A stretch of DNA of 63,862 nucleotides, taken from contig JAUZTB010000063.1 in the NCBI GenBank assembly GCA_034780895.1, positions 26,868,989 to 26,932,850 on the forward strand, given 5' to 3'. This document shows, piece by piece, positions 13,942-26,955 of the stretch. A model generated the notes under the pieces. That model saw only the letters and a list, made by a program, of their open reading frames with translations, was not told the origin of the DNA and made no database searches. Made by a program: the position numbers and the translations under genes. How positions within the stretch are numbered: the stretch's first letter is position 1; every line of letters starts with the position of its first letter. This DNA comes from Rhynchobatus australiae (taxonomy: Eukaryota).

Positions 13942-14596
13942 TAAAGCCACAAGATATAAGAGCAGAATTAGGCCATTCAGCCCATCGAGTCTGCTCTGCC
14001 ATTCAATCATGGCTGGTATTTTTTAAACCCCATTCTTCCACTTTCTCCTCGTAACCCTTAATCCCCTTACCAATGAAGAACCAATCAATATCTGCCTTAA
14101 ATACACCCAGTGACATGGCCTCCACAGCCGTCTGTGGCAATGAATTCCACAGGTTCACCATCCTCTGGCTGAAGAAATTCCTCCTCATCTCAGTTTTAAA
14201 GGGACCTCCCTTTATTCTGAGGCTGTGGCCTTGGATCCTGGACTCTCCTACTGATGGAAATATCTTCTCCACATCCACACTATCCAGTCCTTTCAATATT
14301 CAGTAGGTTTCAATGAGATCTCCCCTCATCCTTCTGAACTCCAGAGGTATCAAATGCTCCTCATATATTAAGACTTTTTTTCCTGGGATCATTTTTGTGA
14401 ACCTCCTCTGGACCCTCTCCAGGCCAGCACATCCTTCCTCAAATATGGGGCCCAAAATTGCTCACAATGTTCCAAATGCAGTCTGACTAATGCCTTATAA
14501 TGCCTCAGCAGTACATCCTTGCTTTTAAGTTCTAATCCCCTTGAAATGAGTGCTAACGTTACATTTGACTTCTTTACTACCAACTCAACCTGCAAG
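13942..14596 (-). mobile_element. CR1 LINE, 5'-truncated, relatively well preserved
   Basis: Translations [25 protein letters not shown] and MKGLDSVDVEKIFP...GHSLRIKGGPFKTEMRRNFFSQRMVNLWNSLPQTAVEA. Confidence 0.95.
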
Positions 14597-17500
14597 GTGC
14601 AAGCCAAAGTTATAGTCGCTGACTGGGAGACAATCCCCCACACACAAGAGATTCAACACCAGGCTCCATCTGGGGTTGAATTAATGAAGCTGAGATACAA
14701 CTATGAAAGCAAGATTTTAGTATGAAACTGCCAAAAGATTCCAGAATACGCTCTGCCAACCATCATAGTCATACACTGTGATGCAGAAGATAAACAAAGG
14801 AGTAATTAAGGTTCTAAGGTATCAAAGACAGTAACAATAAGAAAAATGAAACAAAAAATCTATGTATGGTTTTGGATAAGATAAATATTTATAAACACTT
14901 GTCTTTCTCTTATTCCTCCCTGAAACTAACTTCTTCCCTCATGCTCTTTTGATCTGCAATATTAACATTACTGTTTGTTATGTTACGTCTGTTCCCAAGT
15001 TTAGAGTTTGCCTTTCTTTTCCGATTATTTGGACGTGAAATGCATTTTGTAAGCTGGCACCAGTTGTCTGCAGCTAACAGTGTGCTTTCTGAAGCCAAGC
15101 ACAGAGGACAAGCAGTGGGAATGTCATTCTATGCCCATCTGTACAACTTTAACTTTCTCCCTCAACCGATTCTTCAGTCAACATTGGGCTTGTTCAGTCC
15201 CATTTCTGAAGCTGGCAGGATGTTTGTTTAGATACACAGACCCGGCTCTGCTGATCCCAGCTGCCATCGAAGGCTTGGTACCGAGCAAGGACGCTCTTGT
15301 AGATTTCCCTGGTGCTGGCGGGTTAACGTAGCCAGAAGAGGACTAAGGGTCTGAAAGGACACTGTCATCCATAGTTCCTATTCAACTTTCCTTGTGGGGT
15401 CTGGAGGAGCAAAACTATTCTACAAGGAGTGTTTACCACTCCAGAGTGGGAGCTCCACTTTGTCCTCAAAACATTCTCTCTGCTGTTTACCGACCTTCCT
15501 CCATCCCCAACTGGCGGCCAGCACTCATTTCCGACAGAATCTGGATAGGAACCGACCAGGAGACATGTGGAGGGGGAGTATTTTTGTGGATATTTTAGTG
15601 CATCACAGGCCAATCCCAGCCAACCTGGACCCTGTTTGTCCAATTCACATGAGGGTTACCACTGGGAATCATTGCCTAGTAAGACATCCCTGGCCAGTAC
15701 CACAGGATGCACTCTACAGTCATGTCCATTGTACCTTACCTTTGAAATCATTCCATTGCTTCACTTGTGCATTAGGTATACAGGCCCCACCCTCCCTCCA
15801 CAAACACTATCCAGTACATTAAGGAAACATGCCTGTGTACGTATATAATATAAATTTGCTTAATGTTCCATTTCAAAGCAGGCAAATTTTAATCCCTGCA
15901 CATAGCCCTGATAGTGCTCTTCACTGCAGCTCAAACAAGAGAGTGATTGAATTTCTCTTCATCGTAGCCATATGTAACTTTAGAAATTTCTGAATTAAAT
16001 AGCAGACATGGGTGAAAGATTCATTCAGCAAATGAAAATCTTATCAAACTATGTACCTTAAAAGTTTAATTGAAATTTTAGGTCAGGCATCAAAATTAAT
16101 GAACAATGACAAATTAGGCAAAACTGACATCATTGAGTTGGTTTCTTTAGAGTTTTGTTCCTTTTTTATTATAAGGGGAATTCATTTTCCTTCTTTCCTC
16201 AGTTCTTGGTCTAATTCCATCTCAAGAGACTGACCAGATGGCTTCCTCTCTGCTCTTTGCCAATGCTGCTTTCAAACTGACTGCCTGGAGGTGGATGGGA
16301 GCTGGCTGAGGGATCCCAATCCTCCCTCTCCCCCACAGTGGAAGTGACCTGGCTTTCTCTTACTGTTTCCTTCCTGTGAGCATCTCATTGTATGGGGAAC
16401 AGTGTGAATCTACCTTCCACCTGTGCAAGCATGTTGCCACCACATCACCCAAATGCAAGAAGCTTTTCGCACTAACATATAAATCTGCAGTCTGCTGCTC
16501 TTTTGCAAACAGATGACTTTTATAAAATGCATTTGAAAGGGTTTATGTGTAAATAGAACTATCAAGTAATTAAAGCTGCATTAATAAAAATTCAGTGAAC
16601 TGATTCTGTTCACTTGGTTTCAAAGCAACATAAGTAACACTGACAGGCAGTAATTGAATTTTATTACCACTCTTGTACATGTTAAATGCAGGGAACTGCA
16701 GCAGCCGGGAGAAACAATATAGAGAGGAGGAAGTGATAAAGCTCATCCGTCAAGGCAAATTTTGTTCAGATGTAAGAATGTCCCAAGAGGAATTGTGGAC
16801 CACATTCTGATCTCCTAAGACATTTCAGGAAATATTCCACTTCAGAACTATGATTAAAATAAATTACTACAAGATTTGCATTGAAACAAACTGACAGTGA
16901 CTAGAAAGCACATCGTTATAGGACGACCATTTGATGCATAATGGTAAAATAGAAAGGGAAAGAAGCATAAATATGATTGATGAGAAATAGATATTAAAAT
17001 GTACCCTTAAATAATAAAACTGAATGACTGCAATCATTAGAATTTAATAACAAAGGAGAAAAATTGTGTTTACATGGCAGCAAGGTGATATAAAACACTA
17101 AATCAAATCTACATTGAAATGTCATCAGTGAATATAGCGTTCCATAATATTTGCAATGTAACGTACCTGGCCTCAAGAGAAAGGACTCAAACTCTCCTTC
17201 TAAGCAGTCCCTCGAAGGTGAGAATGAGATACTTCCACTGCAGTTCTGTGGGTTGAGGTGGGTGATGGGGCCATTGTGGGACCTGCAGGCAGGGCACGAG
17301 GTGGATGGGAAATTTGGGAGGTGGTGCACTCCTTCTGTTGCTTTTTTAACACTTCCTTTACCAAACACAGACAAAAAATGAGAACTGAAAACTTGTCACA
17401 AAGTCATTCCATTGAATTTGGTCAGGTCTTTTATACATAGTTATGGTCTTCACTTTTCACACTCATCCCAGCTGCTTTGCTCTTTACATGTGAACTAAGT

Positions 17501-17639
17501 CACCGAAGCAGGACTGAGCCGGGTGTGTTCCTGCATCAACACCTACAACAGGTCAGCTCGTCTTCCGTCAAGGATGAAGATCTTGATTTCCTGAAGTGGA
17601 AAATGAACTAGAGCAACAGATAAAAATGGAAAGTCAAAA

Positions 17640-18310
17640 GAAAGATACAGATGGTGGAAATCTGAAAACAAAAAGTGCTGTAAATACTCAGCAGGTCGAG
17701 TAGCAATTGGATAAAAAGAGACAGAGTTGATGTTTCAGTTCAAAAGCCCTTTATCAGAACTGGGAAAGTTAAGAAAACAAGTTAATTGAGAGGATGGGAG
17801 AAATGCGAATCAGAGTTGTTGCAGAGACTGAAACCAGAGGGAGACTGCTGGAAGTGGTCAGCAGATCAGGTAATCTCTGAAGAGAGAGAGAGAAACTGAA
17901 TTAGTATTACAGATAAATAACGTTACAGCAGAACTGACTGGATTTAACAAACTGAAAAAGCAATTTGGAGACCGAAGAAACTGCAGGTGCTGGAATCTGG
18001 AGCAAAAATCAAGCTGCAAGATGAACTCAGTAGGTCAGGCAGCATCTATGAAGGCAAAGGGATCATCAAGGGTGGAGATGCTGTATCAGGACTGAGAAAG
18101 CAAGTTATCTGAAATTATTGAATTTGATATTGCATCATGAAGGCTGCAAGGTCCCCAGACTGAAGATGAATTGACGAGTCACGTCAGGTTTGATGGAACA
18201 GTATCAGAGGCCACAGACACACAGGTCAGGGTGGGAGCGGGATGAAGAATTCAAGTGAAGGACAACTGGAAGCTCGGAGTCACCCTGTGAATGGAAGTGC
18301 TCTGCTAGAC
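17640..18310 (-). mobile_element. Three pLTR-type repeats plus an inverted Penelope 3' (GIY-YIG C-terminal) fragment
   Basis: Repeated actcagcaggtc...agca motif at about 17686, 17860 and 18024. 18100-18305 is the reverse-complement homologue of 20010-20215. Confidence 0.75.
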
Positions 18311-18344
18311 CGCCACTGAATCTGCCCTCGGGTACCACCACCTA

Positions 18345-18750
18345 AGGCTGGGGAAACCTACAAATAGGTTGACAAAGCCCTTGATCACTTCTCGTCTATT
18401 TCCAGCACCTCTGCTCTCATCCCCTCTCCATTCAGCTGCAGCAAGAGTAAAATACCCCTGATCACCTTTCTCATTTTCCACCACCTGCAATGAGGTTCCA
18501 TCACCAGACACATCTTTCTTTCCCAGCCCTTTCCACGTTTCAAAGGGACCTTTACTTTCATGACTCCTGGTCCTGTTCCCACTAACCACTCTCCCCTCTC
18601 ACAGCACTTTCCCTCAACTGTAGTGGATGGAACAGCTATACTTTTATCTTATCCCTTCCCAGCATCCAGGGACCCAAATAGACCTTTCAGTTAAAGCACT
18701 GATTCACTTGCTCTTCTTCCAGTCTAGACTACACCATTCATTGTCCACAA
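18345..18750 (+). mobile_element. Penelope-like retroelement, linker and start of GIY-YIG endonuclease (decayed)
   Basis: From 18661 reads SIQGPK*TFQLKH*FTCSSSSLDYTIHCPQ, matching the recalled fish PLE pattern IQGPKxxFQVxQxFTCxSxNLVYCIxC. Confidence 0.8.
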
Positions 18751-19970
18751 TGGAATTGGAATATTATTGTACCAAGGTAGAGTGAAAAACTTGTCATGCA
18801 CACCGTTCATACAGATCAATTCATTACAACAGTGTATTGAGGTAATACAAGGTAAAGCAAAAACTGTGTGCAGAATAAAGTGTTGCAGTTACAGAGAAAG
18901 GGCAGTGCAAATAGACAATAAGGTGCAAGGTCACAAAGAGGTAGATTGTGAGGTCAGAGTCCANNNNNNNNNNNNNNNNNNNNNNNNNNNNNNNNNNNNN
19001 NNNNNNNNNNNNNNNNNNNNNNNNNNNNNNNNNNNNNNNNNNNNNNNNNNNNNNNNNNNNNNNNNNNNNNNNNNNNNNNNNNNNNNNNNNNNNNNNNNNN
19101 NNNNNNNNNNNNNNNNNNNNNNNNNNNNNNNNNNNNNNNNNNNNNNNNNNNNNNNNNNNNNNNNNNNNNNNNNNNNNNNNNNNNNNNNNNNNNNNNNNNN
19201 NNNNNNNNNNNNNNNNNNNNNNNNNNNNNNNNNNNNNNNNNNNNNNNNNNNNNNNNNNNNNNNNNNNNNNNNNNNNNNNNNNNNNNNNNNNNNNNNNNNN
19301 NNNNNNNNNNNNNNNNNNNNNNNNNNNNNNNNNNNNNNNNNNNNNNNNNNNNNNNNNNNNNNNNNNNNNNNNNNNNNNNNNNNNNNNNNNNNNNNNNNNN
19401 NNNNNNNNNNNNNNNNNNNNNNNNNNNNNNNNNNNNNNNNNNNNNNNNNNNNNNNNNNNNNNNNNNNNNNNNNNNGAACCAGGACAGGCTGTTGGTGATT
19501 TTCACCCCTAGGAACTCAAAGCTCTGAACCCTCTCAACCTCAGCCATTGATGTAGACAGGAGAATGTGCACTGCTCCCTTCCTGAAGTCAATGACCAGCT
19601 CTTTTGTTTTGCTGACATTGAGGGAAAGGTTTTTGTCATGAAACCATGCCACAAGGCTCTCTATCTCCTTCCTGTACTCTGATCCATCATTATTTGAGAT
19701 ACGACCTACATTAGTGGTATCATCTGCAAACTTGTGATGGATTAGAGCAGAATCTGGCTACATGGTCACGAGTGTATAGGGAGTAGAGTTGGGGACTGAG
19801 GACGCAGCCTTGTGGGGTACCAGTGTTGAGAATATTCGTGGCGGAGGTGTTACTGCCTATCTTTGCTGATTGTGGTCTGTTGGTCAGGAAGTCAAGGATC
19901 CAGTTGCAAAGGGAGGTATTTAGTCCCAGGTCTTGGAGTCTGGAGATGAGTTTGCTTGGAATTATAGTAT
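18750..19970 (-). mobile_element. Rex1/Babar-clade LINE, 5'-truncated in RT, nested in the Penelope element
   Basis: Translations [35 protein letters not shown]...[19 protein letters not shown] and NLSLNVSKTKELVIDFRK...VERVQSFEFLGVKIT. Spans an N gap. Confidence 0.92.
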
Positions 19971-19974
19971 TTTT

Positions 19975-20650
19975 TAGAAAACACAACTTTGGTGACCTCT
20001 TTGTGAAACATTTCTGTTCAGATTGCAGGGGTGACCCTGAGCTTTCAGGTACCAGTCACATTGCTTCTTTCTCACACTCCCACTCTGACCTCTCTGTCTG
20101 TGACCTGCTACACTGTTCCAATGGGGCACAAGATAAGCTTGAGCATCGGCACCATCTTCAACCTGACCACCAGCAGCCTTCGGGTTGCAAAACTGAATTC
20201 AATAATTTCAGATCACTTGCTTTTTCTATTTGTAACAGAACTTGTCAGTTCTGCTGTAGGGTTGATCTCTAATATTAACCCAGTTGCTCTCTCCACAGAT
20301 ACTGCCTGATCTGCTGGGAATTATCAGGATTCATCTGTTGGATTCAAGTCTCAACAAAGCTCTCGTCTGTATTTTCCAGCTTTACCTGTCTCTTTACTTG
20401 ACTTCTCTCTTTCCAACTGCCCACAATAAGTTACAATGAGGCTGCTCTGTGAATGGTGGAGCACATCAGTTAGTCTGGTATTGTCCCATTCCCTTTGCAA
20501 TCCCACACGCCCCCAACACCCACCCTTGCATGTTAAAACTAACTTATTTTCTCTAGTGAAGGGTCTTCTGCCTCAAACCTTAGTTTAATTACGTTTTCTC
20601 CAGACGTGGGCTGACCTGCTGAGTGTTCCAGAATTTTCTGATTTTCAGTT
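19975..20650 (+). mobile_element. Penelope-like element continuation: GIY-YIG C-terminus and pLTR repeats
   Basis: [28 protein letters not shown]...SHSHSDLSVCDLLHCSNGAQDKLEH...EFNNFR, then ctgcctgatctgctg / gctgacctgctgagtg repeats. Confidence 0.82.
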
Positions 20651-21854
20651 TTTTTTAAATTTCAAAGCAGTCGATATTAATGTGCAAGAAACGCTCTGCT
20701 GAACGATTCCCAGGGTGCAGCTGGAGGGAGTGGTGGAGTAACCAAAAGCAGCTGCCAGCATTCCCAGAGGACATCCCGGTTGGGAAAAATATGCCTATAT
20801 TTAGCTTAGAAACATGGAAAACAGGTGAGATTGTTGAACTAAATCTTTAAAACTTGAAACTTCCAAATTTATCATTAATAGCAAGGTCAAAGTTCCATCC
20901 AATTGGCTTGTGTATTGGGGATGAGATTTTATGTTCCAAGTAATAGCAAAGCAACAGGGAATGAGGTATCAGCTACTTACAGATCTTATTCACTATTTAA
21001 TTCATCAGCAATCAGCATGACTTATAAAGATTAAAGATTATGACTTTACTTCTAATCCACCATCAAACCGTATCAAAATGTACATTATCTTACCTTATTT
21101 GCCATTTTTCTTCAGTCGTCAGGCATAATTGTTTCCAGAAAATTGGAAGTCGATTCAAAACATCTTTCCCTAGCTTTGATCCAAAACACCTGAGACTAAA
21201 ACATTGCACTCATATCTAGACTCAAACACAAGATCAGACTTAATAAATCCTCGAAACATTGTTCAGGAGATCCCTCAAGTCACACTGTTTTCTACCCTCC
21301 CAGGTACAGGTGAAAGATCCTGCAAAATAATTCAGAACAAGGGCGTTCTTTTCACTGACCCAACCAACTTTTATTCTTCAGTCAATGTTCACAATAAAAG
21401 AATCCATCTGGTTGTTATCTCATTACTTTATTTGGTGGTATCTTGCTCTGTATAATTAGGCAGCTTCTGTACTTCACTTTAGAATAAAGACTGGACAACA
21501 AACAAGTGCACCACAGGCTGTAAGGTTCTTTAGGACATGAACACACTTTCACCTGGTTCTTTCTTTATTGCCATCTGGAGCCTTGTGATCAAATTGTCCC
21601 AATCCATTGGAAAGTTTATCTATTGCTTTATTGTATGTGTGCCTTTAATTTCTACATTGTTGATAAAACAGGAGGAAGAGTAGATGCCTTTGTTTAAGTG
21701 GCTAGAGTTCCTCCAGCTATTTCCTTTTTTCTCCAAAGCCCTGTGGAACCTGAAGTATTTGATACAGAGACCACTCCTAACTGCCCATCCGTTTCAAAGG
21801 ATTGCTTCATTATTCAGGTGTTGTTGAAATTCAACCCTTCATAGTGTGAATTAA

Positions 21855-22170
21855 AAGCAGAAAGTGCCGGAAATGCGCAGCAGGTCAGGCATCCTCTGTG
21901 TAGAGAGGAACAATGTAAACAGGCCAAGTTGATGCTCTTTCATTAGAATTTGGAAATGTCAGAGACAAATGCTTTTACGATGCAGAGAAAGTGGGGAGTG
22001 CAGGGGAAGAGAGAAGAAAAATCAAGAGCTGTAATAGGATGAATGACAGAGAGATTCATTGACAAAAAGATATGCAAGGTGAAAGAGGGTTGTACTGGGA
22101 CAAGTAAATAAACAAAAGCCTGCCCTAGAGGAAGTGTAGACAGGAGAAACGAAATCATTAACTGAACCAT
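21855..22170 (-). mobile_element. Penelope pLTR-derived fragment
   Basis: gcagaaagtgccggaaatgcgcagcaggtcaggcatcctctgtg motif followed by a purine-rich tract. Confidence 0.6.
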
Positions 22171-22179
22171 ATCATCTAT

Positions 22180-22440
22180 CTTAGTGATATTGATTGCAGA
22201 ATAATTCTTGGCCAGGGTTGATTTCCCTTCTTTTCTTTGATACTGCCGTGGAATCCTTTACATCCGTCTGAGAGAGCCTCATTTTAATGCTTCAGCCTAA
22301 TCAAAGCAGCTTTGATGGTGTGGCAATGTTTTGGAGCCAGGCTAGATTGTTGAGCTGGATACCTGTATTCAAATTTCTGGGGCCTAAACCCACAAGTTTC
22401 TAATCCAGAGGCAAAAATGCTACATCTGAAACCCAGCTGA
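22180..22440 (-). mobile_element. Decayed Deu-domain SINE
   Basis: gccgtggaatcctttacatccgtctgagag...aaacccacaagtttctaatccagaggc...tgctac (core plus tRNA-like head). Confidence 0.6.
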
Positions 22441-23384
22441 CAACCCTCACCAATGGCACACGAAGGATATATTGCCAGATAAGTCATGAAACTATTTCAG
22501 GATGCGGCTATATCCTGAGCCACTCAGAACATAGCTGACTTGCAATGGAAACTAAAAATGAGAGGTCTTCGTAGGAGGTGTAACCAGAGTATGAACATGA
22601 AAAGCTCTCATGGAAAATACAAATAATAAACTCTTGCAGTGGTTACTCCTCTATGAACTTGGAGGGATATCCCAGATAGAGCTTAAAGAGAACATTATGT
22701 GCCATGTAACTCACACTGTTCTTGAATGTAGGAATTTATACTGGGTGAATATATTGGAAATTGTTTCAATTCTTATAATCATCATCCTTCAGTCAAAACA
22801 AAATTCATTTAAAAATAATTAAATGGTCACAACAACTACAATGATCCATCCATAATGTGCTTTATATGGAACTTATTGTTAGAGAAACAGAAATAGAGAA
22901 AGAGAGCACTTTTATTCTTCTACTGGACAGAATTGAAGATAATTTTAAAATTGTGAGATGTATCAAAGTGTGTCGTCATAAAAACAATTGTGTAGAAAGT
23001 GTAGCAGCTGTGCTAAGTCAGATAGTTCATAAGCAAACTGATAAACCAAATGTAATACACAAAGTTATGCTGAGGGCAATGAATTTATTTGGATAATAAT
23101 TAATTATTTTAAGAAGGAGTCACTGCCACCTTTTTAAAAGCCATCAAATGGGACTAATTCCTGGAGCGGTCTGGAATCCCACGGTTTGTGACTAAGTAGA
23201 AGACACCCCTGAACTTTAGCAATGTGATTCTGGGTGTTACAGGTCACAGTTCTGTACTCTAAAGAACAGTTATGTGGGAATATGCTCAATGATACAATGA
23301 TATACTGACAAAAGGTCACTGACCTGAAATGTTAATCCTGTTTCCCTTTCCACAGAGCGCTGTCGTCCTCCTTTATTTCTGGAA

Positions 23385-23940
23385 GGTATGCAGTGCCATT
23401 TTCCATGAGGACAGACACAAATATTTGTACAAGTTCTCTGCCATTTCTTTATTCCCTCATATAATATACCTGTTTCTTCCTTTTAGGGACCCATATCAAC
23501 ATTTGCTAACCTTTTCCTCATTACACATCTATAGAAGGTCTCACAGTCTGTTTTTATATTTCTCGCCAACTTACTTTCATATTTTGTTTTCCCTTTCCAT
23601 GTCATCGCCTTGGTCCCCCTTTGATGAATTCTGAAATTTTCCCACTCCCCAGGCTTACTCTCTTTTTTGGCAACATTTCAAATCTTTTCCTTTGATCTCA
23701 TGCTCCCTCGAACTTCACTTGGTAGCCATAGCTGAGCCATTTTTCCTATCTTTATTGCTTTAAAGAGATATACATTACTTGCAAACTCCACAGTCTTTCA
23801 GTGGAGTTTCCCAATCTATCAAAGCCAAATCATGTCTCAGACCTTCATGCTTTACCTTACTCTGACTTAACACACTGGTTTCAGATTGATCTAAATCACC
23901 TTCAATCTTTATGTAAAATTCAATCATATTATGATTACTT
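23385..23940 (-). mobile_element. CR1 LINE ORF2 internal fragment (decayed)
   Basis: Minus strand resembles the CR1 endonuclease-RT linker (NKEMAENLYKYLCLSS, cf. EMAEELNKYFASVF). Confidence 0.6.
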
Positions 23941-25589
23941 GTTATCTGAAGTCCACTTAACTACCAGATTTTAAAGTAGAAAAGACAGAGTTTTATTTTT
24001 AAATGGTAAGAGATTGAAAATTGTCAGTGTTCACAGAGTGGAAAATCTTCAGAATTCACCAATCAAGATTGTTTTGAAGGCCGAACATAGTTAGCACAGA
24101 GACTGATCGATGTTTGGATATCAAGAGATATTGGGTTAGTGCAGGAAAATGATGCTAAGATAAATGATCAACCATGATCTCATTGAATGCAATGGCTTCA
24201 AGTGGCTTACTTCTGCTTCTATTTCTTATATTTTTATGTTCTTACTTTATATTCAAAATTTAATATTTTGGTAGATTCAACTGCTCAACCTGTAGAATGC
24301 AGGCACACAACGAGATCAATGCCTAATCCTCATGGATGAATGGAGTTAAGTTCTGAACTTGCTGCTTAGGAATAAAGCTGGTGCTCTGAATCGGCCATCT
24401 GTTGTTGAATCTGTTCAATAGCAGTTTCCCTACCAGCTTTATAACAGGATGTAGATACACAACAGTAGGTGAAACTCAGGCGACTGCAAATATCCAACCT
24501 AGTATTTCTGGGGGGAAGATCGGCCAAAATCACCTTCACTGGTTCTGATGAATTGGAATAATTCTGCAATAAGTTGTGAGGTGAAAGAAAACGAAGAAGT
24601 ACCATCTTGTCTGACTGCACATAAAGNNNNNNNNNNNNNNNNNNNNNNNNNNNNNNNNNNNNNNNNNNNNNNNNNNNNNNNNNNNNNNNNNTAAAAGGAG
24701 AATTCCAAATTTCCACAAGTTTTGTGCATACAAGTGTTTTCTACTGTGACTCCTGGAGGATTGGGCTCTACTTTTTATAGAAAATATTTCTAGACCTCGG
24801 CTCTACAAAAAACATTTCTCTCTAAATACTCCGTCAGTTCCCTTCAATATCTTGGAACCTACAGAACAAAACCTCCTTAATCTTTTAAATCCCGGAGAAT
24901 TGTTGGTATAATTTCTCCTCTTCGTATTACTAATCCTTGGAGTCCAAGTATTATTCTGGTAATTCAATGCTGAACTGTAAGGCCAATTTATCCTTCCAAA
25001 GGTACAGTGTCCAGAACTGCTCAGGGTGCTCCCTCGGCCCTATGGCTGGTTTGGATTTTACTGATGCGTGCAGCTAATACCATATGCTCTGTCTCACTAG
25101 TGTTTTCTGATTCACTTGAGGCTTCCCTTGTTAGATTGGCAGTCTAATCCCCTAAGGTTGTTGTACTTGAGCTGGTACTTACAGTAAATGATGCAGGTGT
25201 TGTGAAATGCCGACTCTTCCACTGAGAGCTACAGCTGCTCCTTGGGGGGTTTCAACTGGAAAAAAAGAGGAATATATATTAGAATCTTGGCTGCAAGAAA
25301 ATCTTCAAGTGTTACTTATGTTTGCCATGGTGTTCTGTGAGAGTGTGCGTCTGCATGAGAGTTGATTTGTTGATCACACTCCAAGGTTTAAGGCGGTTGT
25401 ACACTGTGCTCCTGGCCTGATTGATGCCTGTTGGTTTGTGCAACATGATCAATGGTTGACAACACTATCGTGGTTAAAAATGGCAGGGATGTGGGTTTAT
25501 GATTTGTTGTTGTATGATACTATCACATATCCCATTCAACATTCCAAGTCACTTTCACAGCTGTTCAACAGTCAAAACACAACTGAATG

Positions 25590-26500
25590 ATACAGCGCAA
25601 AAGAGGTCATTTTCCCCAACATCCTGACACTAACTGCCTGAAGCAGCTGTCTACCTAACCCCTGCACAGGCATAAGGCACCAGCAACTCCTATTATTTCA
25701 TTTGGCCCCTCATGTCTGTTCCTCCACTTGATAAAACACAGCTGATTTTTTACCTTAGTTCCAGTCAGTTTGATTCTCTTAATATCTAAATCGATCATTG
25801 TCTTGAGTATTCTCAGCCACTGAGCCTATGCCCCATATAGGTAGTGAATTCCAAAGTTTCTCTATCCCCAAGTGAAAAAATTGTTCCTCATCTAAGTGCT
25901 GAATAGCTGACCCTTCATTTTGACTTTGACCCTTGGTTTCTAGAAACCTCGACCAGAGAAAACATTAACTTTGTATTTATCTTGTCAAGACCTGCAAGAA
26001 GTTTTTATTACATTCTTTTAAGATCTACAGAGTGTAGGCTCAGCTTGCTTAACCCTGCTTCAGGGGACAATCCCCTCCATCTCTCCCCTCCCCACTATCC
26101 AATCTGGTGAACTGTCATTTCAAGTAAAGGCAGATCAGGCAAGTACACAATTTCCTGGGCTCCACATATTTGAAGTAAGACCTCTCTAATCCTGTACTCA
26201 GTGTATTGCAACAAAGGCCAATGTACCATTTGCCATATTAATTGCTTGTTGTACCTACATGGTAACTTGAAGTAATTTGTGTACAGGGCAACCAGATCCC
26301 TTTGAACAGCAGGAATCATTAGTCTTTCCCCATTTAAGTAACACATTGCTTTTCTNNNNNNTCTTCCAAAGTAAATGTTTTTTATATTTTTCTACATTAT
26401 AATCCATCTGCCATGTCCTTGCCCAGTTAACTTGTCAATATCTCCCCAAAGCTTCTCCTGAACCTTCTTGCAACTCATACTGAGATCTAGCTTTGTATCA
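25590..26500 (-). mobile_element. Decayed CR1 ORF2 C-terminal fragments
   Basis: YLNGERL...VQRDL...EYRIREVLLQI on the minus strand, plus CR1 3' motifs (tgaattccaaagttt, ttcctcatct). Confidence 0.7.
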
Positions 26501-26827
26501 ACTGGAAAGCCAGATATTTTGCACAGGGACCCACACACTGACCTCTGCTCTCTCCTGTTACTATCTTGGAGGTTTCAAAAATTTAGAATTGTCCCTATGT
26601 AATGGACTACATTTTGCCACTTGCTTTCTAACTAGCCCAGAGCTTAATAAGTAAAATTCTGTACATTCAAAGAGGTTTTAACCTTCTATTGTTACTGAGT
26701 GACCACCAGCACAAAATCATGTGAGTGAGCATCCACTTCTGTCTGGTGTTTCACAGTGCCAACAATTTACGACAATCATCCATGCCAACGTTATTTCAAA
26801 GGTAAAGAAAAATGAATGGATGATATC

Positions 26828-26955
26828 TAGAGCATAGAACACTACAGCACGGTACAGGCCCTTGGCCCACAATGTTGTGCCGACATTTTATCCTGCTCTA
26901 GGATCTACCTAACCCTTCCCTCCCATAGAGCCCCCTATTTTTCTGTCATTCATCT
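26828..26955 (-). mobile_element. CR1 3' terminal fragment
   Basis: tagagcatagaacactacagcacggtacaggcccttggcccacaatgttgtgccgac, similar to 54268-54380. Confidence 0.8.

Noticed and set aside
15080-15848. Cluster of overlapping 68-142 aa ORFs
   Set aside because: Locally higher GC content, no recognisable domain and no coherent splice structure.
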